Assembly: GCA_001244265.2 (NCBI GenBank)
Contig: CDLV01000010.1
Span: 1,550,001-1,614,000, forward strand
From: Microbotryum violaceum
Lineage: Eukaryota
DNA: 64,000 nucleotides
Reading direction: 5' to 3'
Shown: positions 1 through 13,912 of the stretch, piece by piece
Layout: each line of letters begins with the position of its first letter
How positions within the stretch are numbered: the first letter of the stretch is position 1
Translations under genes and position numbers: made by a program
The notes under the pieces: model-generated
Database searches by the model: none
What the model was told of the DNA's origin: nothing
What the model saw: only the letters and a program-made list of their open reading frames with translations

Positions 1-413
1 ACTTGGACCGACTTTTAGCTTTCAGCGGCGTGCGAGTCCGTACTTGGCGACCCTTTCAATTTACTCGGAGCAAGGAAATTGTCGTCATCGTTCATTGAAG
101 ACCCCGACTTTCCCTTCTTCGTGTGCGTGTGCTTCATCTTCAAAGGTGGTTACTTTTTTAACATGAGAAATCCAAATACGTCCCTGCCTGTCCGTGGGGG
201 GGAAAGTTGATCGCGGGCTTGGCTTCAGTGCGCTGCGCATGCGCTTGAGAGCGAGATCCCGCTACGCCAGCGTACGGAGGTGCGACAGGCAATCGAACGC
301 TTTCGCCAACATTTCCGCAATCCTTTTTTACAACATTCGACTTTTATCTACACGGGGAAGTAAAAGCCGGAATCCGCAAGCGTTACGTATGCTCGGTCGT
401 CTACGCACATTCA

Positions 414-2132
414 TCACTTGACCTTGACCTTTCGATCTCCTTCTTCCTCTGCGATTTCCTCAATGATCGGACCTCTCCTCTCTCCAACCACCTTCTCACT
501 CCTTTGTTTCCCTTCCATCCCCTTCCTCTCACTCTCTATCCTCTTCATCTCCCACATGCCCGCCACTCCTCTGCCAACCCTCTCCACTTCCTCACCCAGT
601 GACCTGAGCACCGAATCGCCCTCGCCCAATCTAGCGAGGAACGCGTAATAGAAACGCAATTTCATCGACGCCTGCTTCACCTCCGCCTTGATCCCTTTCG
701 TATTCAAACCTTCCCCTCGTGTGAAGGAACCGAAAAAAGTTTCCAAATCCGCCAAAGCTGTCAAGGCGTTTGAGAAAGGATGATCATGAACGTTGATCAC
801 TGGTAAAGGCGTAAGTAAATGAGCGACGTCTTGCGTGATTTGGAAAATTGTGGAGGGGTCTTCTTGGCTCTCGGTTTTGAATAGATTTTCGATCGGTTCT
901 TTGATTGAAGAAAAGATAAAGGTTGAATGGGTTGTGAGGAATGGTACGAGGTGGAGGAGGACTCGATAGACTTCTTGGTGGTCCATCGTTGAGGGAATGA
1001 GGGTGGAGAGGGACGAGAGTGAGTAGGTGCGAACGACGTAGACGTAGGCTAGGCTGTGGGGAGCGAGAAACGTTTCAGTCAAAGTACTGAGAAGGTGGTA
1101 CAGTAGTTAGAAGGGCTTACAGTACTGCGACGATGTTGTTGAGCAGACCGGGGTCGACAAGGGGTCGACCATCCTCACCGAGTTTGAGTGGCGGCAACGA
1201 ATCGGGTGGTAGGATTGCCGGTCGTATTGTCTTCTTCTTCGTGAACGCGTTTTCTTCATCTTTGTTCTCCTCATCTTCTTCAACGACCACTCCCTCCGTC
1301 TCTTCCCACCACGGCTTCTTCAGTTCATCATGAGCCTCCATGAGGGCCTCGACTTTGGTCGAAACTTGCAACAAGTCCTCAAACTCTGCGCGTTGAGCCG
1401 GGGAGAGGTACTCCAACAATTGCGACGGTTCAATCGAATCTGTACGAACGATCCTTTCGAAGCGCGAATATAAATCCTAGATTGTTAAATCGATTCGACA
1501 AAGAAAAAGAGATCGGCGTACCTAAATCGACCCCTTTTAATTTGTCCAACATGCGTTGCGTCGTGACCTCATCATCTTCTTCTGCTTCATTCTCTTGACC
1601 CTGTTCTTTCTCGAATCGTTTCAACATTTCCATCATGGCTTTTTGTTCTTCCCGACTGGTGCCTTGCGAAGACCTAATTGCGTCGACGAGGGATTGTCGA
1701 TCAAAGGCTTCGGAACAGGTCGAGTGGGAAGGGGAACGGTAGCACGTTAGGGTGCAGTAGTGAAAGTTGCATGAGGGGCAAGTGTAGCGGCTGAATTGGG
1801 TTTGACAACTGTTGCAAACATGAGTTTGAGAGGGGTGTATGTCCAGGACGGGCGAGGGGTATGTAAAGAGGTCAGCAGGAGCGGGGTTTGCGAAAGGAAG
1901 GATCGTCAGAATTGCAGGAGCTGGGGGTTATGTTCAGCAGCACGTCGCGCCGAGGTGAGGTAGTGTAGTGCTGGTCTCGAGGTATAAGATAAGCTCGTTC
2001 TGATGGCTGATGGCTGATGATTGCTACTTACGCTTGACAGACCGGTTGTGGACCCGAGACGATCGGCGAGGCGCATGACTTGGCGTGGGTGTTGATCCCT
2101 TTCTTAGGGCCGAAACGGATACGACCTTGCAT
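414..2132 (-). CDS. Zinc-finger HIT domain protein (ZNHIT2-like), multi-exon
   Basis: ATG at 2132. Splicing the GT-AG intron at ~1810-2030 gives VCQACQTQFSRYTCPSCNFHYCTLTCYRSPSHSTCSE (zf-HIT), followed by EEQKAMMEMLKRFE and downstream ORF pieces 1430-1636, 1117-1419 and 414-1082. Confidence 0.8.
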
Positions 2133-2347
2133 GATGGTTGGTTGAGGTGGGGTTGGCAAGTCGGAATGGGGGGGGGTCGTGTTCAGCGAGACATATTGTG
2201 GTGCGCTTGATCGAGAGCGGGTGAGAGAGGTCGACGATCGAACGATCAATTGAATTTCAAACTTGGGGCATTACAAACTCAGCAAAATGTGCTGCCGACC
2301 CTCAAGTCAGCTCGGCGGAATGTGACTCGAGTTAGGCGCCGACGGCT

Positions 2348-2398
2348 CGCTCAGGCACCGCTCAGGCACCGCTCAGGCTGACTTCAGGCTGGCTCAGG
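2348..2398. repeat. Short tandem repeat, five TCAGG cores at 10-11 bp spacing, in the divergent zf-HIT/PIF1 promoter
   Basis: cgctcaggcac cgctcaggcac cgctcaggctg acttcaggctg gctcagg. Confidence 0.7.
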
Positions 2399-2507
2399 AT
2401 CGCGCGTTGTTGGCACCACCTCGGATCGCGCGCTCGCTTCTGTTCTGTCGCCGCTCTGTCGTCCTCGTCAAAGGCCCGACCGAAAACGCTGTACACCGAG
2501 TCAGACA

Positions 2508-4887
2508 ATGGGCATGCTCTCATCGCAACCGAAGCGTCACTACGAAGATGACGACGCCTCGCACCTCGACGACAACATTGAGAACGAGGCGCCTCGTTCA
2601 ACCTTTTTCCAACTCGACTCGCAGGAATGGCCCCTCACCCCACCCAAGCCCAAGCCCAACAAACTCAAACCCAGCAAGAACCTCAACCAACAACTTGCCT
2701 CCAGAGAGGGCAACAAGAACGCTGAGGTGAATCGCGTCACGTCGACCTCACGCGATGAGCCAACGTCGCTTGCTGCTGGTGTACAACCCACCGCCAGTAG
2801 TACAAGCCATACTTTGACATCTTCTCGATCGGTGAATCCCAAGTCATCGGCTAGTGTTTCTTCCCGAACGACCTCCTCCACGACCCAACCCTTCCGACCA
2901 CCGGCGTTGAAACAACCGGTTGCGCGAACGAGCTCGTCCACCTCTTTCGCCAACAACGCTTCAACAAGTCGCACCACGACCGCAGCACAACCACCCCCCC
3001 AACCACGACCCACCACCAATACCTTGTACAACGCAGGATTCACCCGACCCAACAGCTCCTCCGCATTGAAACCGACCACCTCTTCCACAAGCATAAACTC
3101 CACCACTTCCAACACGAGTGCTGCTTCCACCGTACCAAAGAAACGAGTCATGCCATGGGACTTGCCCTCCTCCGCATCGCTCAGCAAATCCGTCAAACTC
3201 GCCCATAATGGCACCTCGGCTTTTCATGTGATCGGAGACGGCAACCTGACCCGCGTCGGCTTGGCCGATTCATCGATGGATATCAAGCAAAAGATTTTAC
3301 TTAGTCCAGAGCAGCAGATCGTGCATAAGCTTGTGGTCGATGAGGGCAAGAGTGTCTTCTTCACCGGTTCGGCAGGTCAGTATTGACTTTTCTTTATATT
3401 GACTCGGAATAGTATCCCATGCTAACACCGAACACCCCCCCCCCTTGCATCGGAATTCTCAGGAACGGGTAAATCCGTCCTCTTGCGCGAGATCATCGCC
3501 TCACTAAAGCGCAAATACGCTGCGACCCAAGACGCCGTCGCCATCACCGCCAGTACGGGAATGGCAGCATGTAACATCGGCGGTACGACGATTCATTCTT
3601 TCGCGGGGATAGGACTCGGCCTCGAGGCGCCGGATCAACTCGTGCGTAAGGTGCAGAAGAACAAGACGGCGAGAGGGAGATGGCAGAGGTTGAAGGTCTT
3701 GTTGATTGACGAAGGTAGGCAGGAACAGGCTTGCTGGGAACTTGAGAGTTTAGAGGTGGGGTCGCTGACGATGGGTTTGTAAAAACACGTAGTCTCGATG
3801 GTCGACGGCGATCTGTTTGATAAATTGGCTCATATCGCCGAAAGCCTGAGGATCAAGGGTAAAGGCAAACCGTTCGGAGGGATACAGGTGAGATCATCAA
3901 ATACACAATGATGCGACCTCACCCCGAGTCGCTGACCCATCAAGCTCTAATCTATATGACATCACAGCTCGTCGTCACGGGTGACTTTTTGCAACTGCCC
4001 CCCGTCGCAAAGGGGGTACCGACGTTCGCTTTCGAGGCGAAGGAATGGAATCGTTGTATTCACCATACGGTGAACCTTACGCAGGTGTTCCGTCAAAGTG
4101 ATACGCGTAAGATGGGAAACTTGAACCCATCCACAATCTGCCTTGGGGGCTGACTGGAGTTTCCCAAATGAACTAGGCTTCATTGACATGCTCAACGAGA
4201 TGCGCTTTGGCACACTATCGGCAAAGTCGATCGCCATCTTCAAGTCGCTCAGTCGGGATCCCAACTATACGGATGGGATCGATCCGACCGAACTGTACGT
4301 CTTGCTCTACGAGTTTTAGCAATCGACCACAAAAGAGCTTACCTTTTTTCGCTCTGAGCTGCAGATACCCACGACGTGAGGAAGTCGATCGGTCCAACGT
4401 TTCTCGTCTAAACGCCCTTCCCGGCGCAGCGATGGAGTACCGTTCTGAAGACTGGCCTTCACTCAACGCCGCTCCAGCGAACGTCAACGGTGGACCCCCT
4501 TACGCCAATCACAGCAGTGCGAAAACGATCCTCAACAACTTTATGGCCCCTCCTAAATTGACGCTCAAAGTTGGTGCCCAAGTGATGTTGATCAAGAACC
4601 TTGACGCGACTTTGGTCAATGGAACGATCGGTAGGGTCGTCGAGTTCGGTTTTGTCGAATTGGAGAAAGAGGTTGATTTGGATGGTGAGGATGGGAGTAA
4701 GATCAAGATGGAACAGGAAAGGAAGTTGAACAAGTTGATTGCGGATGCGGCGGCGGGTAAAGTGGAGAGATTGCCTAGGGTCGAATGGAGGGTTCCGGGA
4801 GGGGAAACGTATTCTAAATTGATGACGAGGGAGGAGTTCAAGGTGGAGGATGTGGGAGGACAGAAAGTCGCTTCGAGGAAACAGGTC

Positions 4888-4920
<33 letters not shown>

Positions 4921-5216
4921 CAACTGCAGGGCTAGGAGATTAGGTTCATGATGACTTATGACTTTAACCACGTCGAATTTTTTGACAGCTCCCCCTCATC
5001 CTCGCTTGGGCTATGAGCATTCATAAATCCCAAGGGCAAACCCTACCCCGCGTCAAGGTCGACCTCAACAAGGTGTTCGAATCGGGGCAAAGTTATGTCG
5101 CGTTGAGTCGAGCGACCGATTTAGACGGACTACAGGTGTTGGGTTTCAATGAGAGTAAAGTTAGGGCTCATGAGAAGGTGATCGCGTGGAGTAAGAATTT
5201 GGAGGTGTTGCGTTGA
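2508..5216 (+). CDS. PIF1: PIF1/RRM3-family 5'-3' DNA helicase, multi-exon
   Basis: Spliced motifs: FFTGSAGTGKS (Walker A), [103 protein letters not shown]. Low-complexity S/T N-terminus. Confidence 0.95.
4890..4920. repeat. Poly(T)31 in a PIF1 intron
   Basis: Run of T directly after the GTCAG donor. Confidence 0.9.
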
Positions 5217-5567
5217 CCTAAGAGAAGGGAAGATGTGATGTTGCAAAGACGTTGTAGTGTAGATGTATTAGTTGTTCCCTCGCTCTCCCACTGTAGTTTT
5301 TATCATTTCGTCAAAGATTGCACTATGCTAAATCCGAGCATGTCCGAGCTCAAGTCCGGCATTTCCTCGTGGTTAACGCCGATACTGCGCCGATCAAAAG
5401 CGCTCTGTGAGCTCTCGCCGGCGATTAGAGTCTGCTGGGCGGGTGGGAGACGCGTAGAGGCGCGTCGCGTCGCGCGCGGAGGGGGAGCACGTGCCATGAG
5501 GGGCGGGGGGCTGGGCTAGGCTGACCTTCTCTGCTTCATACGGTTCAAAGTCGTTGGGGTTGAAGGG

Positions 5568-8500
5568 ATGTCGATACGAGGTAAGCCTTTTGAGAGCTTT
5601 CTAGATCGTAAGAGTGGTTGATGGAAGACTTGCTTGAAAACCCCCGCGCCCACAACATGTACACAGCGATCGACCACACCTCCGTGCATCGACTCACCTC
5701 GGGGCAGGTGATTATCGATTTACAGAGTGCAGGTAAGGACCACCATCATGTTTGAGCTATGATGCGGCCCTGTTGATCACTGATTATGGCTCTGATAGTC
5801 AAGGAGTTGCTCGACAACGCCCTCGACGCAGGAGCGACCTCAATCCGTAGGTCCCGGGGTTCCACACCTCTATCAGTTGCGATGGCTTCGTCCAGATTCT
5901 GATCTTTGATGGGTGTAACCGACTATCAGAGATCCTGTTTCGCAATCATGGAACCGAGTTGGTGGAAGTGCAGGACAATGGGCAGGGGATAGAGGAACAT
6001 GATTGGGCTTCGATAGGTCAGTCTACAAAATTTCACGAGTACCTCTCTCCTCGAGGGATAAGACAGTAGCTCAAAATCAAACACGTCTTTTCCTCTCTCC
6101 GTTTGAACCAGCACTCAAGAACCACACCTCTAAATTGAGCGAATTCAATGACCTCGGTACAATTTCAACCCTCGGTTTTCGTGGCGAAGCTCTTTCCTCC
6201 CTTTGCGGTACCGCCGACCTCTCCATGATCACCTCCACACCCTCCACAACACCCATCGCGACCCGTCTCACGTTCCTCCCAAGCGGTGAATGCGTCGTTG
6301 GAGGGAAAGCCGCGAGATCGGTCGGGACTACGGTCATGGTCAAAGATTTATTTGCCGGTTTGCCGGTGAGGAGGAAAGAGTTTGAGAGGAACGCCAAGAG
6401 GGAATTGGGCAAGGCGTTGGATTTGGTACAAGCTTATGCTTTGGTGAGGACCGGGGTCAGGTTCGAAGTGAAGCATACGCTCAAAGGGTCAGTAAAATCG
6501 CACTGAGGTTGAGGTTGATGTTTCTTTTTACGAGAGATCATCTAATTTAATCTAAGGCGCTTCTGTTTCTTCCGTTTCACAGTAAAACGACCACCCATCT
6601 TCAAACGACCATCAGCCAAAACCTTCGCGACAATTTTTCCTCCATTTTCTCACCCGTCGCATTGAACGATATGATCGACCTCGATCTTGAATTCGAAGTT
6701 TCTGCTGAGCAGAGCGCGCGTGCGATCAGTAGGGGCTTGATTTCGGATGGGTACGTCCATCCGACATGGGGCGGGGGAAGGGTCTGATGTTTATTGTGGT
6801 TTTTTTTCGTGGTGGACAGACCCGTGCGAGTTATGGTACGAGGCCTGATTTCGAAACCTGCACCCGGCCACGGTCGCTCGATTAATAACCGGAGCTTCTA
6901 CTACGTCAACGGGAGACCATTCACGGCAACCAAGGTAGGAGGTCAGACGCAGTCTACGTGCTTATGACGCGGTGTTGATCACAAAAAGTCTGGTTTGGTT
7001 TGGGCAGATTTCGAAAGCGGTGACGGAGGTGTATAGGAGGTTCAACACGAACGCGTTCCCTTCCGTCGTAGCGGACTTTCAGATGCGCGCTGGTAAGCTC
7101 CAGACTTGATCTCAACGTTCTTCAAAATCGCTCAATTTCCATATGTATTCGTGGTTCTTGACCGTACCAGATTCCTACGACGTCAACGTCAGTCCCGACA
7201 AACGCACGATCTTCTTACACCAAGAAGGGAAATTAATCGCTTCGCTCAAGGTGCGTCCTTTCCCCTCCAAGGACGAGATTTAGACACAAATTCTGATCTG
7301 GTTCGGCGCGAAAATCTCCTACAGGACGCTTTGGAAAACTTGTTCTCCCCTTCCCAATCAACTTATCCTATTACTCAACCTCATTTAATGGTCTCGGCGA
7401 AAGAGATCAAGTCTGATCGATTGGAGGTACAGTTGTTCAAACAAGTGGTTGATCTGCTTCCCCCCATGCCGACGTTGCCTGAACGTTCGAATTTGCTTGA
7501 TGGAATGTCTGAGGATGAAGAAGAGTCGCTACCTCAGGTCGAGAGACCGAGTAAGAGGTCGAGGATCGTGGAGGAGGAGGAGGACGACGACCACGACGAC
7601 GAAGAGGAGGCTGAGGTTGTTCCCGATGAAGAGGAGATGGAGGTCGACGACGAACCTATTTCAACGCAGGAAGAAGAAGTGGATGAGTTATCACTCTTGA
7701 AAGATGATTTGGAGGGATCGCCTGTACCTTCCCTACCTGCGATCGAAACCTCGGAATCTTCAGAGCGTGCGGTAAGCGAGGAAGAGGAAGAGGAGCACGT
7801 ACCCGCCAGCAGCAACTTTCGAGGTTCGACTCGGAGGACCGTCGTCAAGACTATGGATTTATCGTCTTGGGTGGTCAAAATCAAGGCGAACGAGCCGAAA
7901 TCTTCGAGACAGCAAGGTAGAACGCTCGCTACGGGGAATGGGGGCACTCATGTGGGTAGGGCCGCTTCCCCCGACGAGGTCGTCGACTCGACAAGATCGG
8001 ATTATCGAACACAGTCGATTACGCGGCAGCTTAAGACGACGCAAGGTGTGCGGGCACAGAACGTCGTTGCCAAAGTCGACTACGAGGGTGTAAAAATTAA
8101 AAACATGTCATGTCCGACCAACTTCTCGAAGATCACCCAGGCATGGAAATCGACGCGGCCTTTGACTAGCGATCTTCGACACAGTCAGCCAGCGCCAGAG
8201 GAGGCCGAGCCAGCACGTTTCGACGGTGAAAAGACGATCGATCTCAGTCGAGCGGGCGTCAACAAGGATAGCGAACAAGCCGAACAAGCCCTCTCCCTCG
8301 TCGTGACCAAACAGGACTTTGCCTGTATGAGCATCATCGGTCAATTCAACCACGCTTTCATCATCGTTCGAAGAACACGAAGATCGACATCGTCAGGAGG
8401 GGACAAGACGCCGATTCCGCTTCAAGATGATCTGTTCATCATTGATCAGCATGCGTCGGATGAGAAGTACAATTACGAGGACTTGCAAAAATCGACGGTG

Positions 8501-9387
8501 ATTCAGTCCCAGAGGTTGATACAGTAAGCCCCTTCTCTGTCATCAACGAAATGAAAGATTGCGCAGGCGCAACCTAATCTATCTGCCCTACGTACGTGCA
8601 CAGACCGAGGACCTTGCATCTCTTGGCGCAGGACGAGTTGTTGGCTATCGAGCATGCCAAAACACTGCGGCTCAACGGGTTTGAGGTCTTGCTTGATGAG
8701 GATGCGAAGGTGGGCGAGAGGGTCAAATTGGTTGCTCAGCCCGTTAGTGGGAGTACTACATTTGGTGTTTCAGGTTCGTCTATGATCCCCGAGTTTCGAC
8801 TGATGACTTGACTGATTTTCCTTTTACTTTTTATAAGACCTTGAAGAACTTTTGGAACTCCTAAAAGGCAGCGACTGGAGCCAAGATGGTCATGCTCCCC
8901 GACCGAGCAAAGTGCAAAGCATGTTCGCGAGTCGAGCTTGTCGCAAGAGCGTCATGTTTGGGCATGCGTTGAATGAGGCGCAGTCGGCTTCGGTAAGAGA
9001 TAATGGGGACTTGTTATTAATGTCGGGTGTGGCATATGCTGATGGATTGTGAGTGGTTTTCTGGGAACCGTAGATCGTCAGGAATATGAGCCAGATGGAT
9101 CGACCTTGGGTGAGTCCCACGCTGCTGTAGACTGAAAGTTTCGTCGAACTGACAGTTGATTTTTTGATGTGCGACGTATCACAACAGAGCTGCCCTCATG
9201 GTAGACCCACAATGCGTTGGGTGAGTTGTTGAATATATTGCAGTTGAGTACTAGAGTACTCGAACGTGTTCGGCTGACCTCCTGTTTCCCCCCTTTGTCC
9301 CCGAAGCTGAGTCGAGTGCCGCAGGCTTTAGGGGCTCGAGGTGACGCTCGGACGGATGTGAGTACATTGGTGGGGAGTTTAAAGTGA
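5568..9387 (+). CDS. PMS1: MutL-family mismatch repair endonuclease (yeast PMS1 / human PMS2 ortholog), many exons
   Basis: GHKL motifs SGQVIIDLQSAVKELLDNALDAGATSI, VQDNGQGI, TLGFRGEALSSLC and DVNVSPDKRTI. C-terminal IIGQFNHAFII, DQHASDEKYNYE (endonuclease motif), SRACRKSVMFG and CPHGRPTMR. Last exon and stop (9385-9387) inferred by hand. Confidence 0.93.
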
Positions 9388-10881
9388 ACAAAGGAGACGT
9401 TCTAGGTTGAGGAGCTATAGCTCGGGAGGACTCTGTCAAGAGGAGGAAACCAGTCGTCAGTAACTGTGAGTTTCGTTCAGCAGTGCTCATGCTTCCTTTT
9501 ATCGTTGCAACGAGTTGTGTTGTACATCTGGAACCCTGTAGAATGCAAAATTGGAACATAATTATTGGTACATTGTATCGGATTCCTACAAGTGGTATCT
9601 TAATACATCATTACCTTCAGGCGCCCCAGTGGGCTCATGCGGCTTACCTACGTCATCCGTCGGATGATTCCGGAATATGACGGGAGCGAATACCCAAATA
9701 GGGGCTGGGGCCTACCAAGCTCCTATTAGCCGGCACTAGACCGGATGGTGATCAACACTCTGAATGGGTGATCTCACCCCAAACGGTCTTGTTTCCTGGA
9801 TCCGGTTGCCCTATTCGTTCGCCTATGTATCCTTGTAGGGGTGTGAGACACCGCGCTGGAAGTTATGACCCGAATGGCCGTGGGCTGGACGCTTTGGGAT
9901 GGGTCTATATTTAGTATCGACGGCCCAGCGAAAGTCTTCTGCTTGACATGAACGCGTTGTAGGGCTTTTAGAGAAGGTCGTTTTGGTCTTTAGTGCTAGC
10001 CGAGTTTTTGTGTTCCAATATTTGACGAGCTGGTGAGGGATCTGAGGGGTTCATCCCCAGCTAATAGTCGACGAGGCCTTGAAGTGAGATCTGAGCGCAT
10101 GTGTCACGAGGGCGCGCTGGCTTCCGGGGCTCGGGCGTTATTACCCCCCAAACTGGGCCTGGGCGAAATCGTCGGCGACCCCATTTTTTTCGTGCGGCGT
10201 CGCTGGCAGATTACTCGAGAGTCCTTGCAGCCTGTATCTTGGGCTCGGACCTTGCTTTCTGTTCTGAAACCACTGCCCGCCGTTCTTATCGAGCCGCACA
10301 CTCGCCGGCATCTTGTTCGTTCGGTGGAGGCTCTACAGTGAAGCCACGTTCGAGACTTACTGGTGCATACACCCACCCACTTATACCGCAACGTGCACAC
10401 GCAGTGAAAGTCCGCCGCCGTTGTCGAAGTTTAGTGCGGAGACTGCTGCGGAACATCCCTGCCGAATCGCGACACTGTTGCAAGCTGCCAGCGCTGCGTC
10501 TCCTCTCGTCTCATTTTGGCACGTCGTTGAGACATCCCACGACGCAGCCCACGGGGCTTGGCATTTGGTCATCCATTACTGTCCCGCCCTATCGCTCACG
10601 CCATTCTTTTGCATCCTCGCCGTCACACCTCACACCACCATCGGACGCAACTCGTCGACTTGGCGATTGTATTCGGCTCGCCTCCGCCTTTGACTGGTCT
10701 GGGGTCGTGCTCTCCCCCGCCGCCCCGCCCCTCGATCGATCCTCTGTGGCCGGTGCCTCGCGTGCCTCGCGCCTTCGACTCTTTCGTAGAAGTGCGGTCC
10801 GCTCCTCTTTCCCACGTACCATTCCTGCTGTGCAGCTCTTTCCTCGACCGCCTCGACGATATCAACACAAGTAACATCGAC

Positions 10882-12082
10882 ATGGGGGAGATCCCGAGAA
10901 CCTGGTGGATCGTGATCGGGATAGCCACCTTCTTCGTCGTAGTCGTTTGTGAGTTTGAATTGCTCGGCGCCAAGGGCTCGGGGGATGCGCCTGCGGTTCC
11001 GGGCAACTTTGCCGCCGCGGCACACTGGCCAAGGCGTCGTCGGTGCGGCTGGCTCGAGGGGTCTGGGCGACGTGGGCGCTCGTCGCTTCGATCGCTCAGA
11101 GGACTGCCGTGAAGCGGGGCCCCACTCGCAGCGATGCTCGTGAAAGCAGCCCATTCACCAGCTCCTTGGCTTGAGCCCTTGGTCTCAGGCACATGCCGTG
11201 CAGGGCCTGATCTAAGTCCCCGATACTGATGACCCTCGAAACCATGTGATAATCACCGCACAGCTCTCGTCTTTGGCCTTCAAATGGTGATGCGATGCAA
11301 CGAGCGCAGCCGTGATCGTCGAATGGAGGAAGGCGCCCGCGCCAACAAGATCCTCGGAAAAAGTATGTCTCCCTCTGACGACTCTTTTGACCCCTGAGCG
11401 CGCAGAACATTGATCCTGCTCACTTTCGCTCCTTTTGTCAGCTCGAGAGTCTTCTTCTGGAAGTGCCTCCGATTCGACCGACTCGCTCGACAAGGAGAAA
11501 GAGAATATGTCCACTGTGTCCAGTGCTCAGCTCTCCTCGTTCAATCTCTCAGCCGCACCTTCATTCTCGACGCTTCCCAACCCCCACGCCATGTCCACGA
11601 TACCCACCGCCCGTTCCCCACAAGGTTATGCCGTACACCCACTCCACAACGCCGAACGCTTGATCACCAAATCATACGACTCGTTGCGAAGCTCGCCCCT
11701 CGCCGGTCCACCAACCACGAGTTCTGCCAGTGTCACCGGCGGTCCGCCGAGTCGAGCATCATCCTCCCTGTCCAAGAGTTCTAGTCAGCCTAGCTCCCCC
11801 AAAAGTCCAAAGAGCTCGACGAGTCGTTCGACCGCTTCGCGCACCCCGTCCCCGAGTGTGGTTCAAGAGGACTCGGAAGAGGGCAGCACGGCAGGTGAAC
11901 CATCCGGCGACGAGGCTTCGTCAGCGGCGCAGGAGGAGGCCCAGCGTCCCGTTCAAGTTAAAGCTGCCCGATCCCCATCATCTAGCACCGCTCCACGTCT
12001 TTCGCTGCCCGAATTGCCTCCTTTCGATACCGGATTGATGGGCGAGGAGATCACTAGTGGGGACCATGGCAAGCAGGCTTGA
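10882..12082 (+). CDS. Hypothetical single-pass membrane protein with Ser/Pro-rich tail (3 exons: 10882-10949, 11264-11362, 11442-12082)
   Basis: Phase-compatible GT-AG introns join MGEIPRTWWIVIGIATFFVVVV-SLVFGLQMVMRCNERSRDRRMEEG.. to ORF 11435-12082. No family recognised. Confidence 0.55.
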
Positions 12083-13283
12083 GGACATTCGGAATGACTA
12101 GAGGGTCTACGCATCGAATGTGTAAAGGCGTCGAGCGCTAGGACTTTGTTGTACATACAAAAAAAACAATAGACAGTTAATACCGAACGGTCCTCTTTTA
12201 GTTTTTCTGGATTGGGTGGTGGTAGGTAAGTACGCACGTGTTTCTGGGGGCCTTCTCACTTGGGATCACTCGGTTCGGGGCCGTTTGTCTTCATTCGTTA
12301 CAATTCGCAATGTCTACAGTATACATGAGGAATACAGGGTACCGAATCTTGCAACTGGGCCATACTCCCTTTCTACCTTTAGCACCGGCTAGGAGGCCCT
12401 CTGCGATTCCCTAAGCAGAGACACAGAGCAACATGCCGACCACTCCTGTACGACTGCTCACGGGTCGGGTCCCACGTCGGTCACTCAGGCTGTAAATCAG
12501 CCTCGCTGGAGTTCACGGCCATCATTAGGCTCGCCGGTCGCTCAGTTGCTCCCGCCCAACATTATAGGGCACTTCGCTCACTAGACTCAACCGGACCACT
12601 TTGGGTCTCTGAACACAATCCACCAGGGTTACCAGACGTCAGTTATGCATCGTTGGTCTGCACCGACTGGAACGAACTTGCGTTGCAGCGCCGGTAGCTT
12701 CCTCGCCCAAGTCTATTTCGATTTGTCAGTTGAAGCACTGCTTGCGTCGCCTTTAATTCGCAGATACGCGAGCCACGTCTTTCATTGGAGGGGTTGTGTG
12801 TTGAAAGACTTCGATCTTGAGGTAGCTGGTAACCCAGATTCCGCTAGCTTTGCCGATCCGAAGCTTTTCCATCTTACTCGAGAGGTTTTTCCAGAATTGG
12901 CCAATGTCCCGAAATTCGGCAGCGCACCTCTCTGATCTTCGGTTCTTACGCGTAGAGCTCCAGCTCCACCAACACCGTGACGAGACTCATGCGAATGTTC
13001 CCGTTCCCGATCTTAATCTCGTCTACCAGCGAGTAGTGGCTCAAAGCCGCAACGACTTGCGCAGGCGCTATTGTCGCTCGTCACGCGCCTCGTGTCGGCC
13101 CGAGTCAGCCTTTCGTTAATGATGCGCTGCAATCCTGATGATACATTGCCTACGTTGGTGCTACATAGATCCTCTGCATACCATTCAGCAAGCTCGAGTC
13201 AGCCAATATGGTAAGCGGTGTTGATGTGGGTCATCTGGCTCGAAGTGAGCTTCTAGCTATGGGAGGAAAGCTTCGGCCCAAGC

Positions 13284-13912
13284 TCATCGCTTTGTCTTGA
13301 CATCGGTCGTTGCCCATACTGGCTTGTCATCCTGTGCACTAGCCTGTATAATATCGCATACACAGCATATCGATTGCATTAGCCCTATTCGTTCGAGACC
13401 TTTCGCCCCGACTCGCAGGAAGCGAGCCCAATCTCGCATCACTGGCAAACAGCCAATCACCCATCGACGAATGAATCACTTCAGGCTCGACTCGGGACAA
13501 GTCCACCCCAGCCCGCGCTTGCTTCTGATTAGCCATTAAACAAAGCTGTTGTCTCACCTGAATCGATTTCAAATGTTCTTTATTGGCTTGCGCGACGCCA
13601 CCTTTCCTTCTCGCGTCGTCGACCTTCTTCTTCAAGTCCGGCGAGAGCGAGTTGTAGAACTGTTCGTCCGTAGGCGTCGTCACTGGGAGCGTTCAATCAA
13701 AAGTCACCGATTTGTGGTGTGAAGATGCCCAGAGAATGTGAATAATGTGAGAATGTAGGGAGAGGAGGTCAGCCGTTGTCCAAACGTAGACGCGATGATG
13801 AAAGAGCTGCGACGCCACGATGTGATGACTTACGGGCCATGATACCGTAGCCTAATGCAGTGACGAGACCCGTCATGAGGATCGCTTTACCAACTGGGAT
13901 TCGACCGGCCAT
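13284..13912 (-). CDS. CBP4: Cytochrome b / complex III assembly factor CBP4 (3 exons)
   Basis: MAGRIPVGKAILMTGLVTALGYGIMAL-TTPTDEQFYNSLSPDLKKKVD...ASAQDDKPVW. N-terminal TM helix, TP-x-EQ..LSPDL and the D-K-P-[IV]-W ending are typical of Cbp4. Confidence 0.8.

Noticed and set aside
1810-2030. Intronic snoRNA in the long first zf-HIT intron
   Set aside because: No C/D box pair is evident on the transcribed strand; the TGATGA-like text is on the opposite strand.
2508-5216. PIF1 gene as the missing Helitron helicase
   Set aside because: No Rep/HUH domain or Helitron termini. It has an ordinary cellular PIF1 layout among core genes, 15 kb from the Helitron.
10033-10874. Long overlapping ORFs upstream of the membrane-protein gene
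   Set aside because: Arg/Pro/Ser-rich translations without recognisable motifs, as expected by chance in GC-rich promoter/UTR DNA.
12400-13140. Possible gene or remnant between the membrane protein and CBP4
   Set aside because: No coherent exon model or protein motif found on either strand.
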